From: a virus
Length of the DNA: 64,000 nt
Virus record (IMG/VR): IMGVR_UViG_3300021960_000019
Strand: one strand, 5' to 3'
In this document: positions 30,179 to 39,342 of the stretch, one piece after another
Layout of the letters: each line of letters starts with the position of its first letter
Position numbering within the stretch: the stretch's first letter is position 1
Made by a program: the position numbers and the translations under genes
The notes under the pieces: generated by a model
Told to the model about the DNA's origin: nothing
Seen by the model: only the letters and a program-made list of their open reading frames with translations
Databases searched by the model: none

Positions 30179-31327
30179 ATGAAAAACTTAGAAGCCCGTA
30201 AGCAGTTCTGTGAACTTGCAATGGATACTTATGGTACTGATACTTTGTCACGTACTCAAATCAACAATCTCGCTAAGGTACATCAGTTGCCCGACCCTGC
30301 ATGGTTGAAGTCTGATAAGTATCGTGTTGCTCGCGGTAAATATCAGATGCCTTCTGATGAAACAACTAACATATCAGCCCCAGTGACAACGGCGCCTTCT
30401 AACAATGTAGTTAACATGCAAGTTGATTTGTCTTATACTGAAAACTTGGTTCCTGCAAAAGACCCCAGTTTTGTAAAGTTTGGTAATTTTGAAGATCTCA
30501 AAACTATCATTTCATCTAACATGTTTTATCCAGTTTTTATTACTGGTTTGTCTGGTAACGGCAAAACATTCGGTACGCAACAAGCTTGTGCTCAGTTGAA
30601 ACGTGAATGTATTGTAGTACCTATTACTGTTGAAACTGATGAGTCGGACCTTCTAGGTGACAAAACTCTGATTGATGGTAATGTTTCTTTTGTGCCCGGA
30701 CCTGTTATCCGCGCAATGGAACGTGGTGCAGTTTTGGTATTGGATGAAGTCGATCTTGCATCCAACAAAATTATGTGTTTGCAATCGATTGTTGATGGTA
30801 AAGGTGTTTACCTCAAGAAAGATAATCGGTTTGTTGAACCTGCGCCTGGATTTACTATTGTCGCAACTGCAAATACAAAAGGTAAAGGTTCTGACGATGG
30901 ACGTTTTGTAGGTACTAACGTTATGAACGAAGCGTTTCTGGAACGTTTCAAGATTACTTTCGAACAAGAATATCCTAATCAAACTGTCGAGAAAAAAATC
31001 TTGACTAAAGTATTGGATACTTTCGGAATGGAAGATGATTCATTCATTATGAACCTGACCGTATGGGCACAAACTATTCGGAAAACTTTCGAAGATGGTG
31101 GTATTGATGATGTTATCTCTACTCGCCGTTTGGTTCATATCATTGAAACATATGCGATTTTTAAAGACCGTGTAAAGTCAATTGAATTGTGTACTAATCG
31201 TTTTGATGATGATACAAAATCATCTTTCGTAGACCTTTATCAGAAAATTTCTGATGATGGTGTATCAACAGAAGAAGTTACTGGTGTTGACCTAGACAAA
31301 GCCGATGGTGAAGAAATCCCATTTTAA
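30179..31327 (+). CDS. CobS/MoxR-like AAA+ ATPase
   Basis: GLSGNGKT, LVLDEVD, ATANTKGKG and NEAFLERF. ATG at 30179 has an AAGGA RBS (track start 30143). Confidence 0.9.
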   Translation: MKNLEARKQFCELAMDTYGTDTLSRTQINNLAKVHQLPDPAWLKSDKYRVARGKYQMPSDETTNISAPVTTAPSNNVVNMQVDLSYTENLVPAKDPSFVKFGNFEDLKTIISSNMFYPVFITGLSGNGKTFGTQQACAQLKRECIVVPITVETDESDLLGDKTLIDGNVSFVPGPVIRAMERGAVLVLDEVDLASNKIMCLQSIVDGKGVYLKKDNRFVEPAPGFTIVATANTKGKGSDDGRFVGTNVMNEAFLERFKITFEQEYPNQTVEKKILTKVLDTFGMEDDSFIMNLTVWAQTIRKTFEDGGIDDVISTRRLVHIIETYAIFKDRVKSIELCTNRFDDDTKSSFVDLYQKISDDGVSTEEVTGVDLDKADGEEIPF

Positions 31328-31337
31328 GGAGTAAGAA

Positions 31338-31634
31338 TTGATAGACTACAAATTTAATGAAGATGTGCTGCTGGATGAAATCCGGCAGTATATCGATAAC
31401 ACTTATAAAGGCCACTATTCAAAAACCACTTACCAATCGACCGAAGTTATTATGGGTCGAGGCCATGGTGAGGGTTTTTGTATGGGCAATATTGACAAGT
31501 ATTCTAATCGTTATGGAAAAAAAGGTGATGAAGATGATTGGAGAAAAGACTTGATTAAAATAGTTCACTATGGTATACTAGCACTATACAATCACGATAT
31601 AACTTATGGAGACAATGAAAATGAAAATCAGTGA
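31338..31634 (+). CDS. DUF3310-like protein (T7 gp1.7-related)
   Basis: HY..GFCMGNIDKYSNRYGKKG..DLIKIVHY pattern. Confidence 0.7.
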   Translation: MIDYKFNEDVLLDEIRQYIDNTYKGHYSKTTYQSTEVIMGRGHGEGFCMGNIDKYSNRYGKKGDEDDWRKDLIKIVHYGILALYNHDITYGDNENENQ

Positions 31635-32316
31635 ATCGACCCAACTAGTTTTGCGAAATTTCGCAAACATCAATCAATCGCTTTTGTTAAAGCCAGGAAA
31701 CAGAATTAGTACAATGTCTGTTATGAGAAACATTCTTGCATCGGCAGATGTAGAAGAAACGTTTCCAGTAGAGTTTGGTATTTACGATTTACCTAGATTC
31801 TTGGGTAACTTGTCTATATATCCAGAGTTGGAATTTAATGATAAGTATGTACTTATGTCAAACGGATCAAAAACATATAAATTTATGGCATCAGATCCAT
31901 CTATCATTGTACATCCAACAACAACATTTGCGATGGATGATTCAGAACATAATGCACCAGATGCAAAAGAGGCCCCAGAGTATGATATTGATGTCACTCT
32001 TACTGGACCTGCTTTGTCAACTATTGCAAAAGTTGCGTCAATAAACTCTTTACCAGATTATGCATTGATGACCGAGGATGGTGTAATTAACTTTGTTGCT
32101 CTGGATAAAAAATCTGATACATCTGATCTTGCGAAAGAACCTGTTGGTAAATCTGATGCAGATTTTAAAATGTTTTTCCGCGCTGAAAACTTGAAACTTG
32201 TAGAGGGTGATTACAATGTACGTGTATCACGCCATAAGATTTCTACTTTCCGCCATCAAACAAAGGCCCTGCAATATTGGGTAACTCTTGAACAGGATTC
32301 GGAGTACAATGGGTAA
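31606..32316 (+). CDS. gp45: Sliding clamp gp45 (start may be 31615 or 31621)
   Basis: LRNFANINQSL and FGIYDLPRFL; synteny. Confidence 0.93.
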   Translation: METMKMKISESTQLVLRNFANINQSLLLKPGNRISTMSVMRNILASADVEETFPVEFGIYDLPRFLGNLSIYPELEFNDKYVLMSNGSKTYKFMASDPSIIVHPTTTFAMDDSEHNAPDAKEAPEYDIDVTLTGPALSTIAKVASINSLPDYALMTEDGVINFVALDKKSDTSDLAKEPVGKSDADFKMFFRAENLKLVEGDYNVRVSRHKISTFRHQTKALQYWVTLEQDSEYNG

Positions 32317-33254
32317 TGAAAGAACAATTCCTATGGGTCGAGAAATATCGGCCACAATCTATTGATGATTGTATTCTGCCAGAAGAATTAAAAGATACAT
32401 TCAAAGAGTTTGTGGATAATAAAGACTTGCCTAACCTGTTATTGACAGGTGGGCCCGGCGTAGGTAAAACTACAGTTGCAAAGGCTCTGTGTCTAGAAAT
32501 GGGCATGGATCATCTTCTAATAAATGGTTCGGAGGAGGGTGGTATTGATACCCTCCGAAATACTATTAGAAATTACGCATCCACTGTGAGTTTTTCGAGT
32601 CAGGGTAAAGTTGTGATTCTAGATGAGGCGGATTATCTTAATCCACAGTCTACACAGCCTGCATTGCGTGGTTTCATTGAAGAATTTGCAGGCAACTGTA
32701 GATTTATTTTGACTTGTAATTTCAAAAACCGCATAATCGAACCGTTGCACTCACGATGTTCTGTAATTGAATTTAAAATAAAAAAATCTGATAAACCCAG
32801 ACTTGCTGCAAGTTTTGGTAAAAGGGTTTGTGGTATTTTGGATGATGAGAACATTAAATACCAAAAAAGTGTAGTTGGTCAGGTAATGATGAAATACTTT
32901 CCTGATTGGAGAAGGGTATTAAACGAACTACAACGTTATTCTGTTGGTGGTACAATTGATTCTGGTATTTTTGAAAATCTTGGTGAGATATCTTTAGACA
33001 GTCTGGCAAATTCACTCAAAAATAGAGACTTTACTGAAATGCGTAAATGGGTTGCAGAAAACTCTGACAACGACCCAAATCAACTTTTTAGAAAGATTTA
33101 TGATGGCATGTATGACTACCTTGAACCAAATTCGATTCCAGATGCAGTACTTATTATTGCACAATATCAATATCAATCTGGATTTGTTGCAAATACTGAT
33201 ATTAATCTTGTTGCATGTCTTACAGAGATGATGGTTAGTTGTCAGTGGAAATAA
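32316..33254 (+). CDS. gp44: Clamp loader ATPase gp44
   Basis: WVEKYRP, GGPGVGKTT, ILDEAD and PLHSRC. Confidence 0.96.
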   Translation: MKEQFLWVEKYRPQSIDDCILPEELKDTFKEFVDNKDLPNLLLTGGPGVGKTTVAKALCLEMGMDHLLINGSEEGGIDTLRNTIRNYASTVSFSSQGKVVILDEADYLNPQSTQPALRGFIEEFAGNCRFILTCNFKNRIIEPLHSRCSVIEFKIKKSDKPRLAASFGKRVCGILDDENIKYQKSVVGQVMMKYFPDWRRVLNELQRYSVGGTIDSGIFENLGEISLDSLANSLKNRDFTEMRKWVAENSDNDPNQLFRKIYDGMYDYLEPNSIPDAVLIIAQYQYQSGFVANTDINLVACLTEMMVSCQWK

Positions 33255-33257
33255 CAA

Positions 33258-33722
33258 ATGTCAAAAAAACATTTCAAAAAACTTCTTAAAAATGTAGATT
33301 TTTCTGCAAACTATGGCGCAGCCGGAGGGAGAACTTTTACTCTACTGCGCGATGCTGGATACACTGAAAACCAAATTTCTAATAAATTTAATGGTCACGA
33401 TAATAGTATCAGCTGGGAAGATTTGAGAGATATTTTTGAATTTCAAAATAGATTGTGTTATTATCTTTCTTGGAAAATAGATTTAGATGAATTGTATGTA
33501 CCATATTCTCCCTTTGCCCCTTCGGTAGATAGAATTGATAATTCTAAAGGATATGATTTAGATAATATTGTTATATGTACTAGATTTGCAAACTTGGGAA
33601 TGAGTGCATACAACCATCCTAATTTCAGAGAAAGATTGCAGTATGAAATGGATAATAGAGAAAACATATTTGTTGAAAGATACAAAAAGCAACCAAAGTT
33701 TGGATTGGACAATTTTTTATGA
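33258..33722 (+). CDS. HNH/His-Me-finger-like endonuclease
   Basis: PSVDRIDNSKGY..NIVICTRFAN motif; inserted between gp44 and gp62. Confidence 0.65.
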   Translation: MSKKHFKKLLKNVDFSANYGAAGGRTFTLLRDAGYTENQISNKFNGHDNSISWEDLRDIFEFQNRLCYYLSWKIDLDELYVPYSPFAPSVDRIDNSKGYDLDNIVICTRFANLGMSAYNHPNFRERLQYEMDNRENIFVERYKKQPKFGLDNFL

Positions 33723-34105
33723 GTTATGATTTATTTAAAGACTATATCCCAGCAATATCAAACACTAAATTAGATTTAATGAATAGTGGTGATGAACTGT
33801 GGGAAAAAAATTATCCAGCATTTATGGTAAATAAAACATTTTCACATTTTCAAGATACAATTTTATATGCACAGGAGATGAATCGACGCCCCCACCTAGA
33901 CAATAAGCTTCAGTTTGACTATTTACTAAATACAATTAGACCGATGAAAAGATTTTCAAGATGGCCTAAAAAGATTGCTCATGATGATTTAGAATATGTT
34001 AAAGAATATTATGGGTATAATGATGTAAGAGCTGAAGAGGCTCTTAGTTTACTTAATGATGAACAAATAAAAATAATAAAACAAAAGTTGAACAAAGGTG
34101 GATAG
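33719..34105 (+). CDS. gp62: Clamp loader small subunit gp62
   Basis: YPAFMVNK, QFDYLLNTIRP and VKEYYGYN; synteny. Confidence 0.9.
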   Translation: MSYDLFKDYIPAISNTKLDLMNSGDELWEKNYPAFMVNKTFSHFQDTILYAQEMNRRPHLDNKLQFDYLLNTIRPMKRFSRWPKKIAHDDLEYVKEYYGYNDVRAEEALSLLNDEQIKIIKQKLNKGG

Positions 34106-34107
34106 TT

Positions 34108-34503
34108 ATGGGGAATACAGATGTAGAAAGTCTGGTTGAGGTACGCCTCTCAGACCAAGAGGATTTCTTAAAAATTAGAGAAACATTAACACGAATTGGT
34201 GTTGCCTCTAGAAAAGATCGAAAACTATATCAGTCATGCCATATTTTACATAAACAAGGAAAGTATTACATTGTACACTTCAAAGAATTGTTTAAGTTGG
34301 ATGGGAAAGATTCAGATTTTTCCGAAAACGACAGGGCAAGAAGAAATACTATCGTAAACTTACTTAAAGAGTGGGCATTAATTGATGTAGTAAGAGAAGA
34401 TGATTACGAGGCTGCACCATTGTCTCAGATAAAAATTTTATCACACAAAGAAAAAGATGGTTGGGAATTAGTTCCTAAGTATAATATTGGAAGAAAACGT
34501 TAA
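34108..34503 (+). CDS. regA: Translational repressor RegA
   Basis: DFLKIRETLTRIGVAS and LYQSCHILHKQGKYYIVHFKELF. Confidence 0.96.
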   Translation: MGNTDVESLVEVRLSDQEDFLKIRETLTRIGVASRKDRKLYQSCHILHKQGKYYIVHFKELFKLDGKDSDFSENDRARRNTIVNLLKEWALIDVVREDDYEAAPLSQIKILSHKEKDGWELVPKYNIGRKR

Positions 34504-34510
34504 ATAATTT

Positions 34511-35035
34511 ATGGAATTTGTTATGGAAAATTTGAATGTTGGTTGCTATAAAGTAACCGAAAACGCACACTTACCAGAATATGGAACTGAACAGGCTGCA
34601 TGTTTTGACTTGAAGGCAAGTTTACAAGATGTAGAAACTGTATCTGTCTTTGGTTATTCAAATTCAAAATCAAAAAGAACTGTAAAGAATAATAGTGTAA
34701 CACTATATTCTAATGAAAGAGTATTAGTTCCTACTGGAATAATTTTTGACTTGAATTTTGGACAATCTCTTAGAATTCATCCAAGATCTGGACTTGCATG
34801 GAAAACTGGTATAACTTTATTAAATTGCGAAGGTGTGGTCGATGCAGATTATGTTGACCCTACTTTTGTGATGTTATACAACATCTCTGATGTACAATTT
34901 AAAATTACTGATGGTGATAGAATTGCACAGGCAGAAATTATTACTGCAAGTCCTAGAATGAATTTCGATGTTATATCGGAAAAACCTGTTATTAAAACTG
35001 ACCGTAAAGGCGGTTTTGGTTCAACAGGAGTATAA
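34511..35035 (+). CDS. dut: Trimeric dUTPase
   Basis: AACFDL, RSGLA, GVVDADY, GDRIAQ and RKGGFGSTG. Confidence 0.93.
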   Translation: MEFVMENLNVGCYKVTENAHLPEYGTEQAACFDLKASLQDVETVSVFGYSNSKSKRTVKNNSVTLYSNERVLVPTGIIFDLNFGQSLRIHPRSGLAWKTGITLLNCEGVVDADYVDPTFVMLYNISDVQFKITDGDRIAQAEIITASPRMNFDVISEKPVIKTDRKGGFGSTGV

Positions 35036-35072
35036 TTTTTTTTGTTTTTATTAATAAAAGTGAAAAAAGTTT

Positions 35073-35080
35073 TATAAATA
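35073..35080 (+). promoter_or_regulatory. Late promoter TATAAATA (hsp20)
   Basis: Exact consensus, intergenic. Confidence 0.75.
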
Positions 35081-35082
35081 AT

Positions 35083-35141
35083 ATTGGAGTTGCCGATAGG
35101 GGCTCCAATTTTAACCTTGCTAAATATAATAGGAGGAAAAT
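35083..35141 (+). promoter_or_regulatory. ROSE-like RNA thermometer in the hsp20 leader
   Basis: 5' hairpin ATTGGAG..CTCCAAT, then CCTTGCT (35115-35121) able to pair with the SD AGGAGG (35131-35136) leaving a bulged G. Confidence 0.7.
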
Positions 35142-35600
35142 ATGGTTAGGTTTACAACAGGACAATTAGATCCATTTCTACGTAGTAGTATCGGGTTCGA
35201 TCATTTATTTAGAGAATTGGATAGGGATGCGACAAGAACGCAACAATCCTATCCACCATACAATATTATTAAAGAAACAGATGAAAAATACCGCATTGAG
35301 GTGGCTGTTTCTGGATTCTCTGAGAATGAATTGAATGTCGAAGTAAAAGAAAACACTTTGACAGTTAGTGGAGTTAAAGAAAAGGAAACTGAAATCGAAT
35401 ATCTACATAAAGGTATTGGTGGAAGAAACTTTGAAAGAACTTTTACACTGGCAACCGACCTCGTAGTAAAAAGTGCCGATATTCAAAACGGCATTCTTGT
35501 AATTGGAATGGAATTATTAATTCCAGAACACAAGAAACCAAGAACCATCAAAATCAATGGTGAAGAATCTACTTCAGAACCAGAGTTATTGGTTGAATAA
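35142..35600 (+). CDS. hsp20: Small heat shock protein (Hsp20/IbpA-like)
   Basis: IGFD, YPPYNI, IEVAVSGF, YLHKGIGGRNFERTF and NGIL. Confidence 0.95.
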   Translation: MVRFTTGQLDPFLRSSIGFDHLFRELDRDATRTQQSYPPYNIIKETDEKYRIEVAVSGFSENELNVEVKENTLTVSGVKEKETEIEYLHKGIGGRNFERTFTLATDLVVKSADIQNGILVIGMELLIPEHKKPRTIKINGEESTSEPELLVE

Positions 35601-35653
35601 ATATTATAAGGTGGGGGGAAACCCCCACCAAACAACATGTAAAGGTGATAGTA

Positions 35654-35833
35654 ATGGAAACGCACGATCAAATTATTGCTGTAATTGAGCAATACAAACT
35701 AGAAAATCAAAAATTCGCAAGTGGTAATAAAAGTGCTGGCATTCGTGCCAGAAAATCACTTATGGAACTTAATAAATTGACTAAAGTTCGCCGAGCTGAA
35801 ATCCAAGAAGAAAAGGAATGGATTGTCAAATGA
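35654..35833 (+). CDS. Histone H1-like (Hc1/HctA N-terminal-like) small protein
   Basis: FASGNKSAGIRARKSLMELNKL..RRAEIQ; ATG at 35654 (track start 35645). Confidence 0.65.
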   Translation: METHDQIIAVIEQYKLENQKFASGNKSAGIRARKSLMELNKLTKVRRAEIQEEKEWIVK

Positions 35834-36141
35834 GCGATAAAATTCTTTATCGCACCAAGAGAGGTAAATCTGGAAAGATTGGAGATTTAGAATTTCGTCC
35901 AGCACTTCCCAATGACCAACTCATGGGCGCGATTATGAATAATAAAGTACTTATGTCAAATGGAAATCCACAAGTAATTATGCAAAAAGTTATAGATATG
36001 GAGTGGAGATGGTTTGAACGTAGGATTATTAAATTTTGTGGAAACACAGAAGAATCTCATGCATTACAACATGCATTGAGAGAACACATTAAAAAAGAAA
36101 AAAAATGGATCGCAAAAGGAGCAAAAGCAGATGCAATTTAA
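35830..36141 (+). CDS. Hypothetical protein
   Basis: ORF coupled to its neighbours; ATGA overlap at 35830. Confidence 0.55.
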   Translation: MSDKILYRTKRGKSGKIGDLEFRPALPNDQLMGAIMNNKVLMSNGNPQVIMQKVIDMEWRWFERRIIKFCGNTEESHALQHALREHIKKEKKWIAKGAKADAI

Positions 36142-36388
36142 TTATGTTACAAGCCCATTTATGAGGGCATTAATTCGAAAATATGAATTTGAAAGAGATG
36201 AAGCAATCGCAAATCTACATGCATTTTTCGAAAATGGTGTAGGTGTGGGAGATCATGCAAATATTGTTTCAAGTATGGATGAGCAAGTATCTAAGTTAGA
36301 AGCTGCAGAGGGTAAACTAAAATCATTGATTACACATTTTGCAGCACAACCATCTGCGCCTGTCGAAGAACCATCAAATGAGTCTTAA
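36131..36388 (+). CDS. Hypothetical protein
   Basis: Helical, with a GVGVGDH motif of a kind common in marine phages. Confidence 0.6.
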   Translation: MQFNYVTSPFMRALIRKYEFERDEAIANLHAFFENGVGVGDHANIVSSMDEQVSKLEAAEGKLKSLITHFAAQPSAPVEEPSNES

Positions 36389-36728
36389 ATCTGTAAAACT
36401 TGTACGTTTAATATCTGGTGAAGAACTTTTGGGTGAAGTTACCGTACTTGATAGTGGTAATGTTAAACTCAAAAATTCTTGTCAGGTTGCAACATCATAT
36501 GCAGATCCTACATCTGCTACAGCAAGAATAGGCCTCGCACCATTTTTACCGTATACAAACGCAAAAGATGGTGTAGAGGTACAACAGAATTATATTGGAT
36601 TTATTACAGAACCTGTTACAGAACTTTTAAATGAGTATAGTAAAGTATTTGGTAGTGGATTAGTATTACCAGATAATGCATTGAAGGCTGCAACTTCTAC
36701 ATCAAATCATGGATTTGTGAAGGCATAA
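36378..36728 (+). CDS. Conserved hypothetical protein (possible Sm-like fold) upstream of gp43
   Basis: VKLVRLISGEELLG..GLAPFLPY..YSKVFGSGLVLP; likely start 36378. Confidence 0.7.
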   Translation: MSLKSVKLVRLISGEELLGEVTVLDSGNVKLKNSCQVATSYADPTSATARIGLAPFLPYTNAKDGVEVQQNYIGFITEPVTELLNEYSKVFGSGLVLPDNALKAATSTSNHGFVKA

Positions 36729-36732
36729 TAGC

Positions 36733-36761
36733 TTGACATTTTGTATCATTAATGGTACTAT
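36733..36761 (+). promoter_or_regulatory. Sigma70-like promoter for gp43
   Basis: TTGACA-N17-TACTAT with TGn. Confidence 0.85.
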
Positions 36762-36798
36762 AACAACTAATACGATTTAATAATGACTGTGGTGGTAA

Positions 36799-39336
36799 AT
36801 GCGTTTTTATACAAATGTACAATGTGTCGGTAATAAAATATTCCTCAGAGAATACGACAATGGAAAGCGTAGGGAAGTAAAACTAGATTACTCTCCTACT
36901 CTTTTTGTATCTGGTGGTAGTGGTAAATCCAAATATAAAACTTTGCATGGAGAAAGTGTTGAGCCTATTAGACATGGTTCAATACGTGATGCAAGAGAAT
37001 TTATCAAAAAGTATGACGATATAGAAAATATGAAAATCTATGGTCATACACAATTCATCTATCCATTTATTGGTGATGAGTATCCAAGTGAAATTCAGTA
37101 TGATGAATCAAAGATAAACATTTGCAATATCGATATCGAAGTTGAGTGCGAAAATGGTTTTCCAGAACCAACTCTTGCAAACGAAATTGTTAACGCAATC
37201 ACAATGAAAATGAAAGATCAATATATTGTTCTTGGATTGGGTGATTGGGAAAACAAAAGTCCAGAAACACAACATCTTAAAATTAAATACTATAAGTTTA
37301 CTGATGAACTTGCACTCTTGCGTAGTTTTTTGGAAATTTGGACACATGCAAAAATCGATATTGTTACTGGTTGGAATGTGAACCAGTTTGATATGACGTA
37401 TCTTGTCAATCGTATTGGTAAAACTCTTGGTGATGATGAAGTCAAAAGATTGTCCACATGGGGGATTGTCAGGAAAATAGAAAAGAATATTCGTGGTCAG
37501 ATGCAGACACAAGTACAGATCAGTGGATTATCTATTATTGATTATCTTGATTTGTACAAAAAGTTTACATATGTAACTAGAGAAACGTATCGATTAGATC
37601 ATATTGCATATGTCGAGTTGGGTCGGAAAAAACTTGACCACTCTGAATTTGCAAATATGCATTTATTCTATAAACAAGATTATCAAAAGTTTATTGATTA
37701 TAACATTATCGACGTTGAGTTGGTCGATAAACTTGAAGATAAACTTAAACTAATGGAATTACTTATTACCATTGCATATCAGTCTAAAGTAAATTATGAC
37801 GAAGTATTCTCACCTATTAAGGTGTGGGATTCCATTGCATTTCATGAATTGCGTAGAAGTAAAACTGTAATTCCGCCTCGTAATAATAATACTAAATCGG
37901 AAGCTTATGAGGGTGCATATGTAAAAGACCCAACTGTTGGTAAACATGAATGGGTTATGTCATTTGATTTAAACAGTTTGTATCCACACTTAATTATGCA
38001 GTATAATATTTCACCAGAAACATTGTATGACAAAGAAAGAGTCAACACATCTGTTGAGAAACTATTGAATCAAGAAACGGATTTATCTAGTTTGCAGCGC
38101 AGTAATATGACTGTGTGTCCAAGTGGGGTTCTTTTCAATAAAGATAAACGTGGGTTTCTGCCCAAGTTGATGCAAAGTATGTATGATGATCGTACTACAT
38201 ATAAGAAGTTGATGTTAAAGACCAAACAAGATAAGATTGATGGTAAGGGCGACCCTGTTGAATTGGACAAGAAGATTGCTCAGTTAAACAACAAACAAAT
38301 GGCCGCAAAGATTTTGTTAAACTCTGCTTATGGTGCTTTGGGAAATCAGTACTTTAGATACTTTGATATCAGACAGGCAGAATCTATCACTTTGTCTGGA
38401 CAACTTTCAATTCGATGGATCGAAGAGAAAGTAAATATATACATGAATAAAATTTTAAAAAACGATGAGGATAAAAATTATGTCATTGCAAGCGATACGG
38501 ATTCAATTTACGTTGCTCTTGGTGACTTGGTTGACAAGTTTGTTAAAATCAAGGAAGGTGAGTCAAAATCAGAAGAAACACGAAGGAAAGTTGACTTTCT
38601 TGATAAGGTTGCCCAAGAGAAGTTTGAACCATATATCGATAAGTGTTATCAAGATCTTGCTACGTATGTAAATGCATACGACCAGAAGATGCAGATGGCC
38701 AGAGAGGTTATTGCCGATAGTGGTATCTGGACTGCAAAGAAAAGATACATTCTCAATGTTTGGGATAACGAAGGTGTTAGATATAAATCACCAGAACTTA
38801 AAATCATGGGTTTGGAGGCAGTTCGTTCATCAACACCAGAATCTTGTAGAAATATGATTAAGAAATCACTTGAACTTATTCTGCGTAGTAACAACGATAG
38901 TTTGATTGAATTTATTGAACAGTTTAGACAAGATTTCAAAACATATGAAGTTGATGATGTTGCATTTCCTAGAAGTGTAAATGGACTTACTAAATATCAT
39001 GACCCCGTTCTCACATACAAAAAAGGTACACCAATTCATGTAAAGGGTGTATTATTCTACAACCAACTAGTCAAAAAACATAAACTAGAAATGCAGTATC
39101 CGCCTATAAAAGACGGTGAAAAAATTAAGTTTTGTTATCTAAAAGAACCAAACCCATTGCAAAATAATACTATTGCAATTGCGGCCGGTACATTACCCAA
39201 AGAATTTGAGTTGGATAAGTTTCTTGATTATGATACACAATTTGAAAAGGCATATCTCGAACCAATTAAAACTATTGCGGAAACAATTGGTTGGGAAATA
39301 GAAAAGAAAATAACATTAGACAGTTTTTTTAATTAG
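36799..39336 (+). CDS. gp43: Family B DNA polymerase gp43
   Basis: Exonuclease DIEVE, SFDLNSLYP, KILLNSAYGALG and DTDS; C-terminal TLDSFFN clamp peptide. Confidence 0.98.
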   Translation: MRFYTNVQCVGNKIFLREYDNGKRREVKLDYSPTLFVSGGSGKSKYKTLHGESVEPIRHGSIRDAREFIKKYDDIENMKIYGHTQFIYPFIGDEYPSEIQYDESKINICNIDIEVECENGFPEPTLANEIVNAITMKMKDQYIVLGLGDWENKSPETQHLKIKYYKFTDELALLRSFLEIWTHAKIDIVTGWNVNQFDMTYLVNRIGKTLGDDEVKRLSTWGIVRKIEKNIRGQMQTQVQISGLSIIDYLDLYKKFTYVTRETYRLDHIAYVELGRKKLDHSEFANMHLFYKQDYQKFIDYNIIDVELVDKLEDKLKLMELLITIAYQSKVNYDEVFSPIKVWDSIAFHELRRSKTVIPPRNNNTKSEAYEGAYVKDPTVGKHEWVMSFDLNSLYPHLIMQYNISPETLYDKERVNTSVEKLLNQETDLSSLQRSNMTVCPSGVLFNKDKRGFLPKLMQSMYDDRTTYKKLMLKTKQDKIDGKGDPVELDKKIAQLNNKQMAAKILLNSAYGALGNQYFRYFDIRQAESITLSGQLSIRWIEEKVNIYMNKILKNDEDKNYVIASDTDSIYVALGDLVDKFVKIKEGESKSEETRRKVDFLDKVAQEKFEPYIDKCYQDLATYVNAYDQKMQMAREVIADSGIWTAKKRYILNVWDNEGVRYKSPELKIMGLEAVRSSTPESCRNMIKKSLELILRSNNDSLIEFIEQFRQDFKTYEVDDVAFPRSVNGLTKYHDPVLTYKKGTPIHVKGVLFYNQLVKKHKLEMQYPPIKDGEKIKFCYLKEPNPLQNNTIAIAAGTLPKEFELDKFLDYDTQFEKAYLEPIKTIAETIGWEIEKKITLDSFFN

Positions 39337-39342
39337 GAGAAT

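Noticed and set aside
27852-31327. CobS/CobT as cobalamin-synthesis auxiliary genes
   Set aside because: No CobN or other cob genes; the architecture fits a generic MoxR AAA+/vWA pair.
35610-35629. GC hairpin after hsp20 as an intrinsic terminator
   Set aside because: No U-tract follows on the + strand; kept only as a structural finding.
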